Source: Candidatus Heimdallarchaeota archaeon B3_Heim (lineage in GTDB: Archaea; Asgardarchaeota; Heimdallarchaeia; Hodarchaeales; Hodarchaeaceae). Taken from it: 13,229 bases of DNA. The notes below the pieces were generated by a model. That model saw only the letters and a program-made list of their open reading frames with translations. It made no database searches and was not told the origin of the DNA. The position numbers and the translations under genes were made by a program. Each line of letters opens with the position of its first letter. The first letter of the stretch is position 1. Location: assembly GCA_003144275.1 (NCBI GenBank), contig NJBF01000065.1, positions 1 to 13,229 of the forward strand, written 5' to 3'. Below are positions 7,452 through 13,229 of the stretch, one piece after another.

Positions 7452-7574
7452 TTTTAAATTTTTATGCTTAACCTGTAGACAAATATCAGGACAAGACAAA
7501 CTAAATAATTCTTAACTGAAAAATATTATTTCAGAATAAAAACATGGCAATCAGAATAAAATCAAAATAAATTA

Positions 7575-7582
7575 TAATTTTG
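7575..7582 (+). promoter_or_regulatory. Possible Bacteroidota -7 promoter box for the SiaB-family gene
   Basis: TAATTTTG matches TAnnTTTG, 25 nt upstream of the ATG at 7608. Confidence 0.4.
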
Positions 7583-7607
7583 TTATAGCAAATACTGAAT
7601 TGCCCTT

Positions 7608-8744
7608 ATGAAAAACCCACCTTCAACTGATCATGCTTTTGTATATTCCCTTTACCAGAGAATGTTAAAGGATCATTTAAATTATGCATACCTGGGGATT
7701 TTTACACAGGAAATTACCAATAGCTTAATAAACTTCATACAAGGTCTTCTGAAGATAACCGAAGGTAGTCGAAAAATCAAGAAAAGGGTATTTTATGTGA
7801 TGATTGAATGCATACAAAACGTTACAAGGCATCAGGAAATGCCCGGTAAAGCCCCACCACGAAGCGATGGAATATTCCTTTTTCAAAGTAAAACAGGAAT
7901 GTATAATATATCAATGGGTAATTCAATTGATAACAAGCATATTGATTTACTGAAAGAAAAACTTGAGAAGGTTAATCAACTAAGTAAAGTAGAATTAAAG
8001 GAATATTACAAAACAGTATTGAAAAATACCGTTATTTCTGAAAAAGGTGGTGCCGGGCTTGGATTGATAGAAATTGCGAGAAAATCAGGCAATCAACTGA
8101 GGTTTAAATTTTCAAAACTGGATGACAATTTTTCTTTTTTCTTTATGGATACCTTAATTAATGAGCTTGAGGATGCCAATTCAGAACAAATGCATTTTTT
8201 TAATGGTGTTGAAGTCACAGAAAAAGTAATGGATCTGATGGATTTGAACCATATCAATCTTCTTTATCGTGGTCAGTTTTCTGAACATAAGGCATTTGAC
8301 ATGTTGGATGTGATAGAAAATGTACGGTTTCATGAAGACCAGCCCCCGTTGGTTAAAAAAAGAATATTCAGGGTTGTGGTTGAAATGCTTGAGAGTATTT
8401 CCTTGCATGGTGCAGACCTAAAATGTCTGGCAGGTCAGAAAATTGGTATCTTGTTGATAGGGAGAGAGGGAAAAACAAATAGATTAGTTACCGGGAATAT
8501 AATAATGAATGATTCAGCAAAAACCTTAGCAAAAAAACTTGACTATATCAATAGTATGAATGAAAAAAAGCTGAATGATTTTTTTATCCGGAAACTTGAT
8601 GATGAAGATATGTCGGATTTTAAAACGGATTTGGGTTTTGTGGATATGCGCAGAAAGAGTGGTAACGCATTAAGTTACCAAATTGTTCCTGTTAATTCCG
8701 ATTGTTCGTTTTTCTCCCTCGAAGTGAATATTGAAGAAAAGTAA
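7608..8744 (+). CDS. SiaB-family protein kinase with two tandem SiaB domains
   Basis: Two internal repeats: KKRVFYVMIECIQNVTRH / KKRIFRVVVEMLESISLH; KGGAGLGLIEIARKSGNQL / FKTDLGFVDMRRKSGNAL; DDNFSFF / NSDCSFF. Confidence 0.8.
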   Translation: MKNPPSTDHAFVYSLYQRMLKDHLNYAYLGIFTQEITNSLINFIQGLLKITEGSRKIKKRVFYVMIECIQNVTRHQEMPGKAPPRSDGIFLFQSKTGMYNISMGNSIDNKHIDLLKEKLEKVNQLSKVELKEYYKTVLKNTVISEKGGAGLGLIEIARKSGNQLRFKFSKLDDNFSFFFMDTLINELEDANSEQMHFFNGVEVTEKVMDLMDLNHINLLYRGQFSEHKAFDMLDVIENVRFHEDQPPLVKKRIFRVVVEMLESISLHGADLKCLAGQKIGILLIGREGKTNRLVTGNIIMNDSAKTLAKKLDYINSMNEKKLNDFFIRKLDDEDMSDFKTDLGFVDMRRKSGNALSYQIVPVNSDCSFFSLEVNIEEK

Positions 8745-8784
8745 AACTAATTTTTGTGTTGACCATTTAATGGATTTCGACATA

Positions 8785-9246
8785 TTATCTTCGCTTTCGC
8801 CGTAATTTTTTTCTATCCAAGTGTAATTCACGTTTCTTCCAGGCAATTAATCCGTCCCTGAGAAGATATACTTTTTCAAATCCCCTTTCAACCAGGAGAG
8901 CACAAGCTGTTGTGCTTCGATTGCTGTCATCACAATACACAAAAAGAGGTTGTTCAAAATCAAGGGTGTCTGCCAAACGGAAAAGTTCAGAACTGTTGGG
9001 GGCAAGAATTGCATGGGGAATTCGCACTTTTCGGTATTCCTTGTATTCCCTGACATCAATCAGAACCTCATTTTCAACAAGGTTCATCTGGATGAAAAAC
9101 TCATGTACATCTACTTCCTGAAAATCACCGGATTGTTTTTCCTGGGTAAATCCCGGAAAATTCAAAAGGAAGATAAAACAAGCAAGATTTGTAGCAAGAA
9201 TTGTTTTTCCGGTACCTCCCTTTCCTCTGGCAACAGCAATCTTCAT
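8785..9246 (-). CDS. Rhodanese-like domain protein with a chimeric N terminus
   Basis: VLIDVRE..EY...RIPHA, active-site loop VYCDDSNRS, and GFEKVYLLRDGLIAW. Start moved to 9246 (MKIAV), just past the DUF4405 stop. Confidence 0.85.
   Translation of the reverse strand: MKIAVARGKGGTGKTILATNLACFIFLLNFPGFTQEKQSGDFQEVDVHEFFIQMNLVENEVLIDVREYKEYRKVRIPHAILAPNSSELFRLADTLDFEQPLFVYCDDSNRSTTACALLVERGFEKVYLLRDGLIAWKKRELHLDRKKLRRKRR
9181..9246 (-). pseudogene. 5' remnant (22 codons) of a MinD/ParA-superfamily P-loop ATPase, in frame with the rhodanese
   Basis: MKIAVARGKGGTGKTILATNLA matches beta-1, the deviant Walker A (S-G-K-G-G-T-G-K-T) and the start of helix 1. Nothing else of the ATPase fold follows. 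Confidence 0.8.
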
Positions 9247-9253
9247 TAAAATA

Positions 9254-10048
9254 TTATTTATTATATTTTTCAATTATTGTTTTGACATCAGACATTCTAA
9301 AATCATATATTCTGCGTAATTGTCCCAATGCTCTGCTATTAGAAACCGATTCTGGTATTCCGAGTTGCTGCTTTAAATAATCAACCGGAACATTGTGCTT
9401 TTCAGAAACTTCGAGGATTGTCATAAATCCTCTGATGTCCAAAGGGCTTTCCTGATGGTCATGTGTTTGTATGGAAGAATCGTGTGTGTCCGGAGTTTCA
9501 ATAATTTTTTCTGTAACTTTATATTCCTGGTCCTTTATTCTGGGTTGAATCTCTCTTTTCGCTTCTTTGATTTCTTCCTTTACTGCTTTTTCAGAAGGTT
9601 CTGTTATTTCAAAATCAGTATAAATATTCCTCTGTCTGCCCCTTCCCTGCTCAAGCTCTTGTATTTCGGGATTTATTATAAGAAAAGAAAAAACCAGGAA
9701 TATACTGATAATGATGAATATTGTTGTTAAGATTCGCCGCCACATTTTCTGCGGAATAAATTTACCGAACATTCCCAGAAGAATTTTCCAGTTAAGAAAA
9801 AGATGAAGCAAAAGCAATCCCAATAAAACAAAAGCAATAATAAGATGAATTTTTCCCCATTCATGTCTGTCCAATCCAAAGAAAAACATATCAAAATTTC
9901 TACCGTATTTTTCCCACCTTTCAACTCCTGATATTAAGACATATTTCATTAAAAAACCTATTCCTGCAATTGCCATCATGCAGAGAAACATTGAAACATT
10001 AATTATCAATTTTATTGTGGATCGATTAAACTTTTTTTTGCCATTCAT
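9254..10048 (-). CDS. DUF4405 domain membrane protein
   Basis: Three hydrophobic helices with WGKIHLIIAFVLLGLLLLHLFLNW (two His seven residues apart), a charged linker and a C-terminal small domain (IRGFMTILEVSEKHNVP). Confidence 0.7.
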   Translation of the reverse strand: MNGKKKFNRSTIKLIINVSMFLCMMAIAGIGFLMKYVLISGVERWEKYGRNFDMFFFGLDRHEWGKIHLIIAFVLLGLLLLHLFLNWKILLGMFGKFIPQKMWRRILTTIFIIISIFLVFSFLIINPEIQELEQGRGRQRNIYTDFEITEPSEKAVKEEIKEAKREIQPRIKDQEYKVTEKIIETPDTHDSSIQTHDHQESPLDIRGFMTILEVSEKHNVPVDYLKQQLGIPESVSNSRALGQLRRIYDFRMSDVKTIIEKYNK

Positions 10049-10089
10049 TATTTTAAATTTAATATTTGATGAAAAAGTTATTATTTATT

Positions 10090-10425
10090 TTAATGATCGC
10101 ATAAATTTTCTGTTGTTACCAATGTCCCGTTTAAAAAATCTCTAACCAGTTCTTCCGGTCTTTTTGCAGGAGCTCCTGTATATACATTTATTTTATTCTG
10201 GTTAAAGATAGAAATTGCACGCTGACCCATACCTCCTGCAATCACATCGGTAACCCCCAACTCATTTAGCCAGACTGGAAGCAAGCCGGGTTGATGCGTG
10301 GGTGATTTTTTAGTGACAGAATTTCGAATTTCCTGTCCTTCTGTATCAAATATTTGAAAGTCATCACAATGACCAAAATGAGTACTTGGAATACCGTTTA
10401 ATACGGGAATAGCTATCTTTTTCAT
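10090..10425 (-). CDS. NifB/NifX-family iron-molybdenum cluster-binding protein
   Basis: KIAIP...STHFGHC..F.IFD, HQPGLLP.WL...GV..VIAGGMGQRA, C-terminal NLCDH. Confidence 0.9.
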   Translation of the reverse strand: MKKIAIPVLNGIPSTHFGHCDDFQIFDTEGQEIRNSVTKKSPTHQPGLLPVWLNELGVTDVIAGGMGQRAISIFNQNKINVYTGAPAKRPEELVRDFLNGTLVTTENLCDH

Positions 10426-10441
10426 ATTTTAGATTCTCTTT

Positions 10442-11014
10442 TTATTCTCTTATAAGAGTTATATCACATTTTGGACATTTAAGATTATGGCATGGATTGC
10501 CCGGCATATGAGATATTTTATACCAACAATTCAGGCAAATACGAAACTCCCTGTGCCAATTTTTCTTTTGCCCACGCCTGTGTCTCATACCCGGCCTCCA
10601 GTTACGGATACTTTCATTAATGTTTTCGATATTGTCGGATTGACAATGCGGACAAACCTTTCTCGATTCGAAATTTAAGTGAAAGACGTAGTGACAATCA
10701 TTGCACCTTAACCACTGTTTATCAAAAGTCACCTGTCCACCTTCAATTACTACAGGTTTTCCTTCGACAAAAGCCTTTGCCAGTTTTTTCCTTACCGTAT
10801 CATAAATTCGCGTAAATGTTGGACGCGAAATCTGCATTTTTTTTGCTGCCTCCACGTGAGATAAATTATCATAATCTGTAAGTTTTAAGGCTTCATATTC
10901 TTCGAATTGTATGGAAATAACCTCTTCTGCAGGGAAAGGTACACCTGTAGGCCTGAAACCTTTAAAAAAAGGTGGATTACCAATCCTTCGGTTTCTTTTT
11001 GGCCTTGGAGACAT
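10442..11014 (-). CDS. DUF134 (UPF0251) HTH protein with two C-terminal Cys-rich modules
   Basis: PRPKRNRRI...GFRPTG...EEYEALKLTDYDNLSHVEAAKKMQISRPTFTRIY...RKKLAKAFVEGK..VIEGG, then CNDC..CPHC, then CLNC...H.PGNPC...KCPKC. Confidence 0.9.
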   Translation of the reverse strand: MSPRPKRNRRIGNPPFFKGFRPTGVPFPAEEVISIQFEEYEALKLTDYDNLSHVEAAKKMQISRPTFTRIYDTVRKKLAKAFVEGKPVVIEGGQVTFDKQWLRCNDCHYVFHLNFESRKVCPHCQSDNIENINESIRNWRPGMRHRRGQKKNWHREFRICLNCWYKISHMPGNPCHNLKCPKCDITLIRE

Positions 11015-11028
11015 TATTATAATATATA

Positions 11029-11070
11029 ATGATCAAATGCTCAATACAAATATAATGAACAGATGTTCAT
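11029..11070. promoter_or_regulatory. Two candidate palindromic operator sites
   Basis: ATGAAC-AGAT-GTTCAT (11055-11070) has perfect 6-bp arms. A degenerate copy ATGATC-AAAT-GCTCAA (11029-11044) lies 26 nt away. Confidence 0.6.
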
Positions 11071-11078
11071 AATACAAA
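11047..11078 (-). promoter_or_regulatory. Bacteroidota primary-sigma promoter of the DUF134 operon
   Basis: On the minus strand: TTTG (11078-11075), a 20-nt spacer, then TATATTTG (11054-11047). This is an exact fit to the TTTG-N19-21-TAnnTTTG consensus. Confidence 0.75.
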
Positions 11079-11249
11079 TTTTTTGATGTTTTTTTAAGTG
11101 AGAGACCATAAAGGTTTTTCATTGGGTAAATACAATTCCTTATAACATAATTTCACGGGGTAAAATATTTGTGATTTGTACGAAGGACTCCTTTGGAGAA
11201 ATTTGTCTTTTTTGGTTTATTCGGGTTAGGTTCTTTCTTGTTATTTATT

Positions 11250-11277
11250 AACTTGCAACCTGTAACTCGCAACTTGA
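11250..11277 (+). repeat. Heptamer array (4 units, AACYYGN)
   Basis: AACTTGC AACCTGT AACTCGC AACTTGA, ending 22 nt upstream of comF. Confidence 0.7.
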
Positions 11278-11299
11278 ATTTTTTTTAAATCCTGATTTA

Positions 11300-11995
11300 A
11301 TGAATGAGACCCTTCACTTTTTTACTGATTTTGTAAATCTTTTATACCCCCGGGTTTGTCCTTGCTGTGGACAAAATTTATTTAAGCAGGAGAATTTGAT
11401 CTGTACCCAATGTCTTTATCATATCCCCAAAACAAATTTTCATCATTTTAATGATAATCCGGTAGCCAGGCAATTTTGGGGAAGGGTCAATGTCGAAAAT
11501 GCCACTTCCTATTATTTTTTTTACAAAGGGAGTAAATTTCAGGTACTGATCCATAATATGAAATATCGTGGACAAAAGGAAATAGGTTATGAACTTGGCA
11601 AAATCTTTGGCAGTGAATTAATGTCTTCTAGTGCTTATAGGGAGATTGATTTGGTGGTGCCGGTCCCATTACATGTCAGGAAACAAAGGAAACGGGGGTA
11701 CAACCAAAGTGAGTGGATAGCCAGAGGTATCGCGGAACGGATGGAGAAACCAATTGATACCAGAACTCTTTACAGGGCAATTGAATCGGAGACTCAAACG
11801 CGAAAAACCAGGTACGAACGGTGGAAAAATGTTGAAAATATTTTCAAACTAAAAACTGCTGACGCCTTAAAAGACAAACATATTCTGCTTGTCGATGACG
11901 TTGTTACTACCGGTTCAACTCTTGAAGCCTGTGCGAGGGTCCTCCTTACTATTGAAAACACCAAAGTAAGTATTGCCACCTTGGCAATGGCCTGA
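11300..11995 (+). CDS. comF: ComF-family protein (zinc ribbon plus phosphoribosyltransferase-like domain)
   Basis: LYPRVCPCC..LICTQC, VPVPLH..KQRKRGYNQSEWIA, PRPP-binding ILLVDDVVTTGSTL. Confidence 0.92.
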   Translation: MNETLHFFTDFVNLLYPRVCPCCGQNLFKQENLICTQCLYHIPKTNFHHFNDNPVARQFWGRVNVENATSYYFFYKGSKFQVLIHNMKYRGQKEIGYELGKIFGSELMSSSAYREIDLVVPVPLHVRKQRKRGYNQSEWIARGIAERMEKPIDTRTLYRAIESETQTRKTRYERWKNVENIFKLKTADALKDKHILLVDDVVTTGSTLEACARVLLTIENTKVSIATLAMA

Positions 11996-12047
11996 TTTTA
12001 TGGTGAATTATGGGGCTTATGTCTCCAGAACCCAGCATCTGGCTAAT

Positions 12048-12098
12048 AACATATAACAATTTAACAAATAAACAGTTAACATATAACGTATAACATCC
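12048..12098 (+). repeat. Degenerate 7/8-mer array (7 units, AAC core) between convergent comF and cobB
   Basis: AACATAT AACAATTT AACAAATA AACAGTT AACATAT AACGTAT AACATCC. Confidence 0.6.
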
Positions 12099-12133
12099 TA
12101 TTTCTTTTCCTTTCAGCGCACTGATTAGGTAAT

Positions 12134-12826
12134 TCAAAGCTTTTCCGGAGTTAGTTTTTGTATTAGAATTGAAACCCCTGTGCTTGCCTTTTCCTGGATG
12201 AATTCAATGTTTCTGTATCCGGATGTTAATACTTCATTGGGATCAATTAGATATTTTGGCGAAGATTCCGGGACATAATCAATTAATCCTGCTGCCGGAT
12301 AAACATTTAACGACGTTCCGATAACAACACAAATATCAGCTTTCTGTGTGATTTGAGCAGCGGTTTCAATAGCCGGCACAGGTTCTCCAAACCATACAAC
12401 CTGGGGACGCAGTTGAGATCCCTTCTCGCATTTATCGCCTAATTTTAATTCCCATCCCTCGATCTCATAAATAAGATTCGGATCGATTGTGCTTTGTGCC
12501 TTTTTTAACTCTCCGTGCAGATGCAATACTTTTGAACTACCTGCACGTTCGTGAAGATCATCGATGTTTTGCGTAATGATTTCAACATCAAAATATTTTT
12601 CCAGCTCAACCAAACCTTTATGGCCCGCATTTGGCTCGGCTTGCAAGAGTTGCTTTCGACGTTCATTGTAAAAACGGAGAACCAATTCCTTATCCCTTAC
12701 CCATGCCTGAGGGCTTGCTACCTCCATTACATCGTATTCTTCCCATAAACCTCCCATATCACGGAAAGTTTTTAATCCACTTTCAGCACTCATGCCGGCT
12801 CCGGTTAAAACAACAAGTTTTTTCAT
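12134..12826 (-). CDS. cobB: NAD-dependent protein deacylase (class III sirtuin)
   Basis: LTGAGMSAESGLKTFRD, FYNERR (Y-x-x-R desuccinylase signature), ITQNIDDLHERAG, HLHGE, RPQVVWFGE, GTSLNVYPAA. Confidence 0.95.
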   Translation of the reverse strand: MKKLVVLTGAGMSAESGLKTFRDMGGLWEEYDVMEVASPQAWVRDKELVLRFYNERRKQLLQAEPNAGHKGLVELEKYFDVEIITQNIDDLHERAGSSKVLHLHGELKKAQSTIDPNLIYEIEGWELKLGDKCEKGSQLRPQVVWFGEPVPAIETAAQITQKADICVVIGTSLNVYPAAGLIDYVPESSPKYLIDPNEVLTSGYRNIEFIQEKASTGVSILIQKLTPEKL

Positions 12827-12853
12827 ATTTTTTAATAAGTAGTATCAGGTATA

Positions 12854-12861
12854 CAAATCTA
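12854..12861 (-). promoter_or_regulatory. Possible -7 promoter box for cobB
   Basis: TAGATTTG on the minus strand, 27 nt upstream of the start codon. Confidence 0.4.
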
Positions 12862-12884
12862 CAAATTTCAACTGACAAAAATAC

Positions 12885-12919
12885 AACTCGTCAGACGAAC
12901 TGAAGTCGTCTGACGAGTT
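12885..12919. repeat. Perfect 14-bp hairpin, REP-like or IS200/605-end-like
   Basis: AACTCGTCAGACGA-ACTGAAG-TCGTCTGACGAGTT. Confidence 0.8.
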
Positions 12920-12971
12920 AAACACTGTTATGTGAAAAACAACTATTAATAGTATCGGAATTTATTCACTC

Positions 12972-13023
12972 GCCCTGTGAAATAAAGTCTATGACTTTAC
13001 TGCATGGCAGTATTTCACAGGGC
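12972..13023. repeat. Branched (three-way junction) palindromic element
   Basis: Outer stem GCCCTGTGAAAT/ATTTCACAGGGC (12 bp) encloses AAAGTC-TAT-GACTTT and ACTGC-ATG-GCAGT with no unpaired junction bases. Confidence 0.85.
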
Positions 13024-13032
13024 AAGTTCATG

Positions 13033-13066
13033 AGATCGCCCCGATAGCCATCGGGGCTAAGTTCAA
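13033..13066 (-). repeat. 34-bp REP-like palindromic element, copy 2 (inverted relative to 83-116)
   Basis: Reverse complement TTGAACTTAGCCCCGATGGCTATCGGGGCGATCT is 33/34 identical to 83-116. Confidence 0.9.
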
Positions 13067-13229
13067 TGTTTATGGCTTGATAATGGCTAATTTCATGTGT
13101 TTATATTTTATTTTCAATGGCCACATGCAGCTCACAAGACAATTTTAATACTGCCACTGTGTGACAATTTATAGATTAAAATTGTCATGTTCGGTTCATT
13201 ATACTTTGCATTTTTATGTCGGCAATCTT

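Noticed and set aside
8745-8784. Terminator between the convergent SiaB-family and rhodanese genes
   Set aside because: Only a weak 5-bp AT-rich stem (CCATT-T-AATGG), not enough to call.
10090-10425. Nitrogen fixation inferred from the NifB/NifX domain
   Set aside because: This standalone family is widespread in non-diazotrophs and no nif structural genes are present.
347-12903. Shadow ORFs in the track (347, 740, 1090, 1164, 1486, 1541, 3080, 3709, 4540, 4931, 6749, 7061, 8181, 8847, 8912, 8950, 9395, 9727, 10487, 11378, 11794, 11949, 12551, 12631)
   Set aside because: They overlap well-supported genes in another frame or strand, or run through repeat clusters, and show no recognisable motifs.
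13070-13096. 8-codon minus-strand ORF MKLAIIKP behind an A-rich start context, ending next to the 34-bp element
   Set aside because: It could be another gene stump or leader peptide, but eight residues cannot be assigned. A similar mini-ORF (MAIRIKSK, 7543-7569) shows these arise easily in AT-rich DNA.
13162-13187. 9-bp inverted repeat TGACAATTT-N8-AAATTGTCA
   Set aside because: Possibly an operator, but it is AT-rich, single and its target gene lies outside the window.

Overview
AT-rich chromosomal window from a Bacteroidota genome. Evidence for the lineage is the UpxY antiterminator, TAnnTTTG promoter boxes and A-rich start contexts; a Bacteroidales-like lineage is my inference. There are 12 apparently intact CDSs: upxY, a phosphoglycosyl transferase, a Wzi-like outer-membrane protein, an NAD-dependent epimerase, a GH20-like hydrolase, a tandem SiaB-family kinase, a DUF134-NifX-DUF4405-rhodanese operon, comF and cobB. 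I see no RNA genes, CRISPR array, transposase or recombinase. The unusual content is between and at the edges of genes. (1) A four-helix-bundle (TIGR02436/Avd-like) gene carries one in-frame amber codon and is enclosed by inverted heptamer arrays. (2) A second four-helix-bundle gene survives only as 18 codons behind a hexamer array, fused in frame to the Wzi-like gene. (3) A 22-codon MinD-type Walker A fragment is fused in frame to a rhodanese. (4) Most spacers hold short-period tandem arrays or REP-like hairpins, including a perfect three-way junction and a 34-bp element present at both ends of the window in inverted orientation. (5) A consensus Bacteroidota promoter with a palindromic operator in its spacer precedes DUF134. 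All family calls come from motif recognition by eye, not from database searches.
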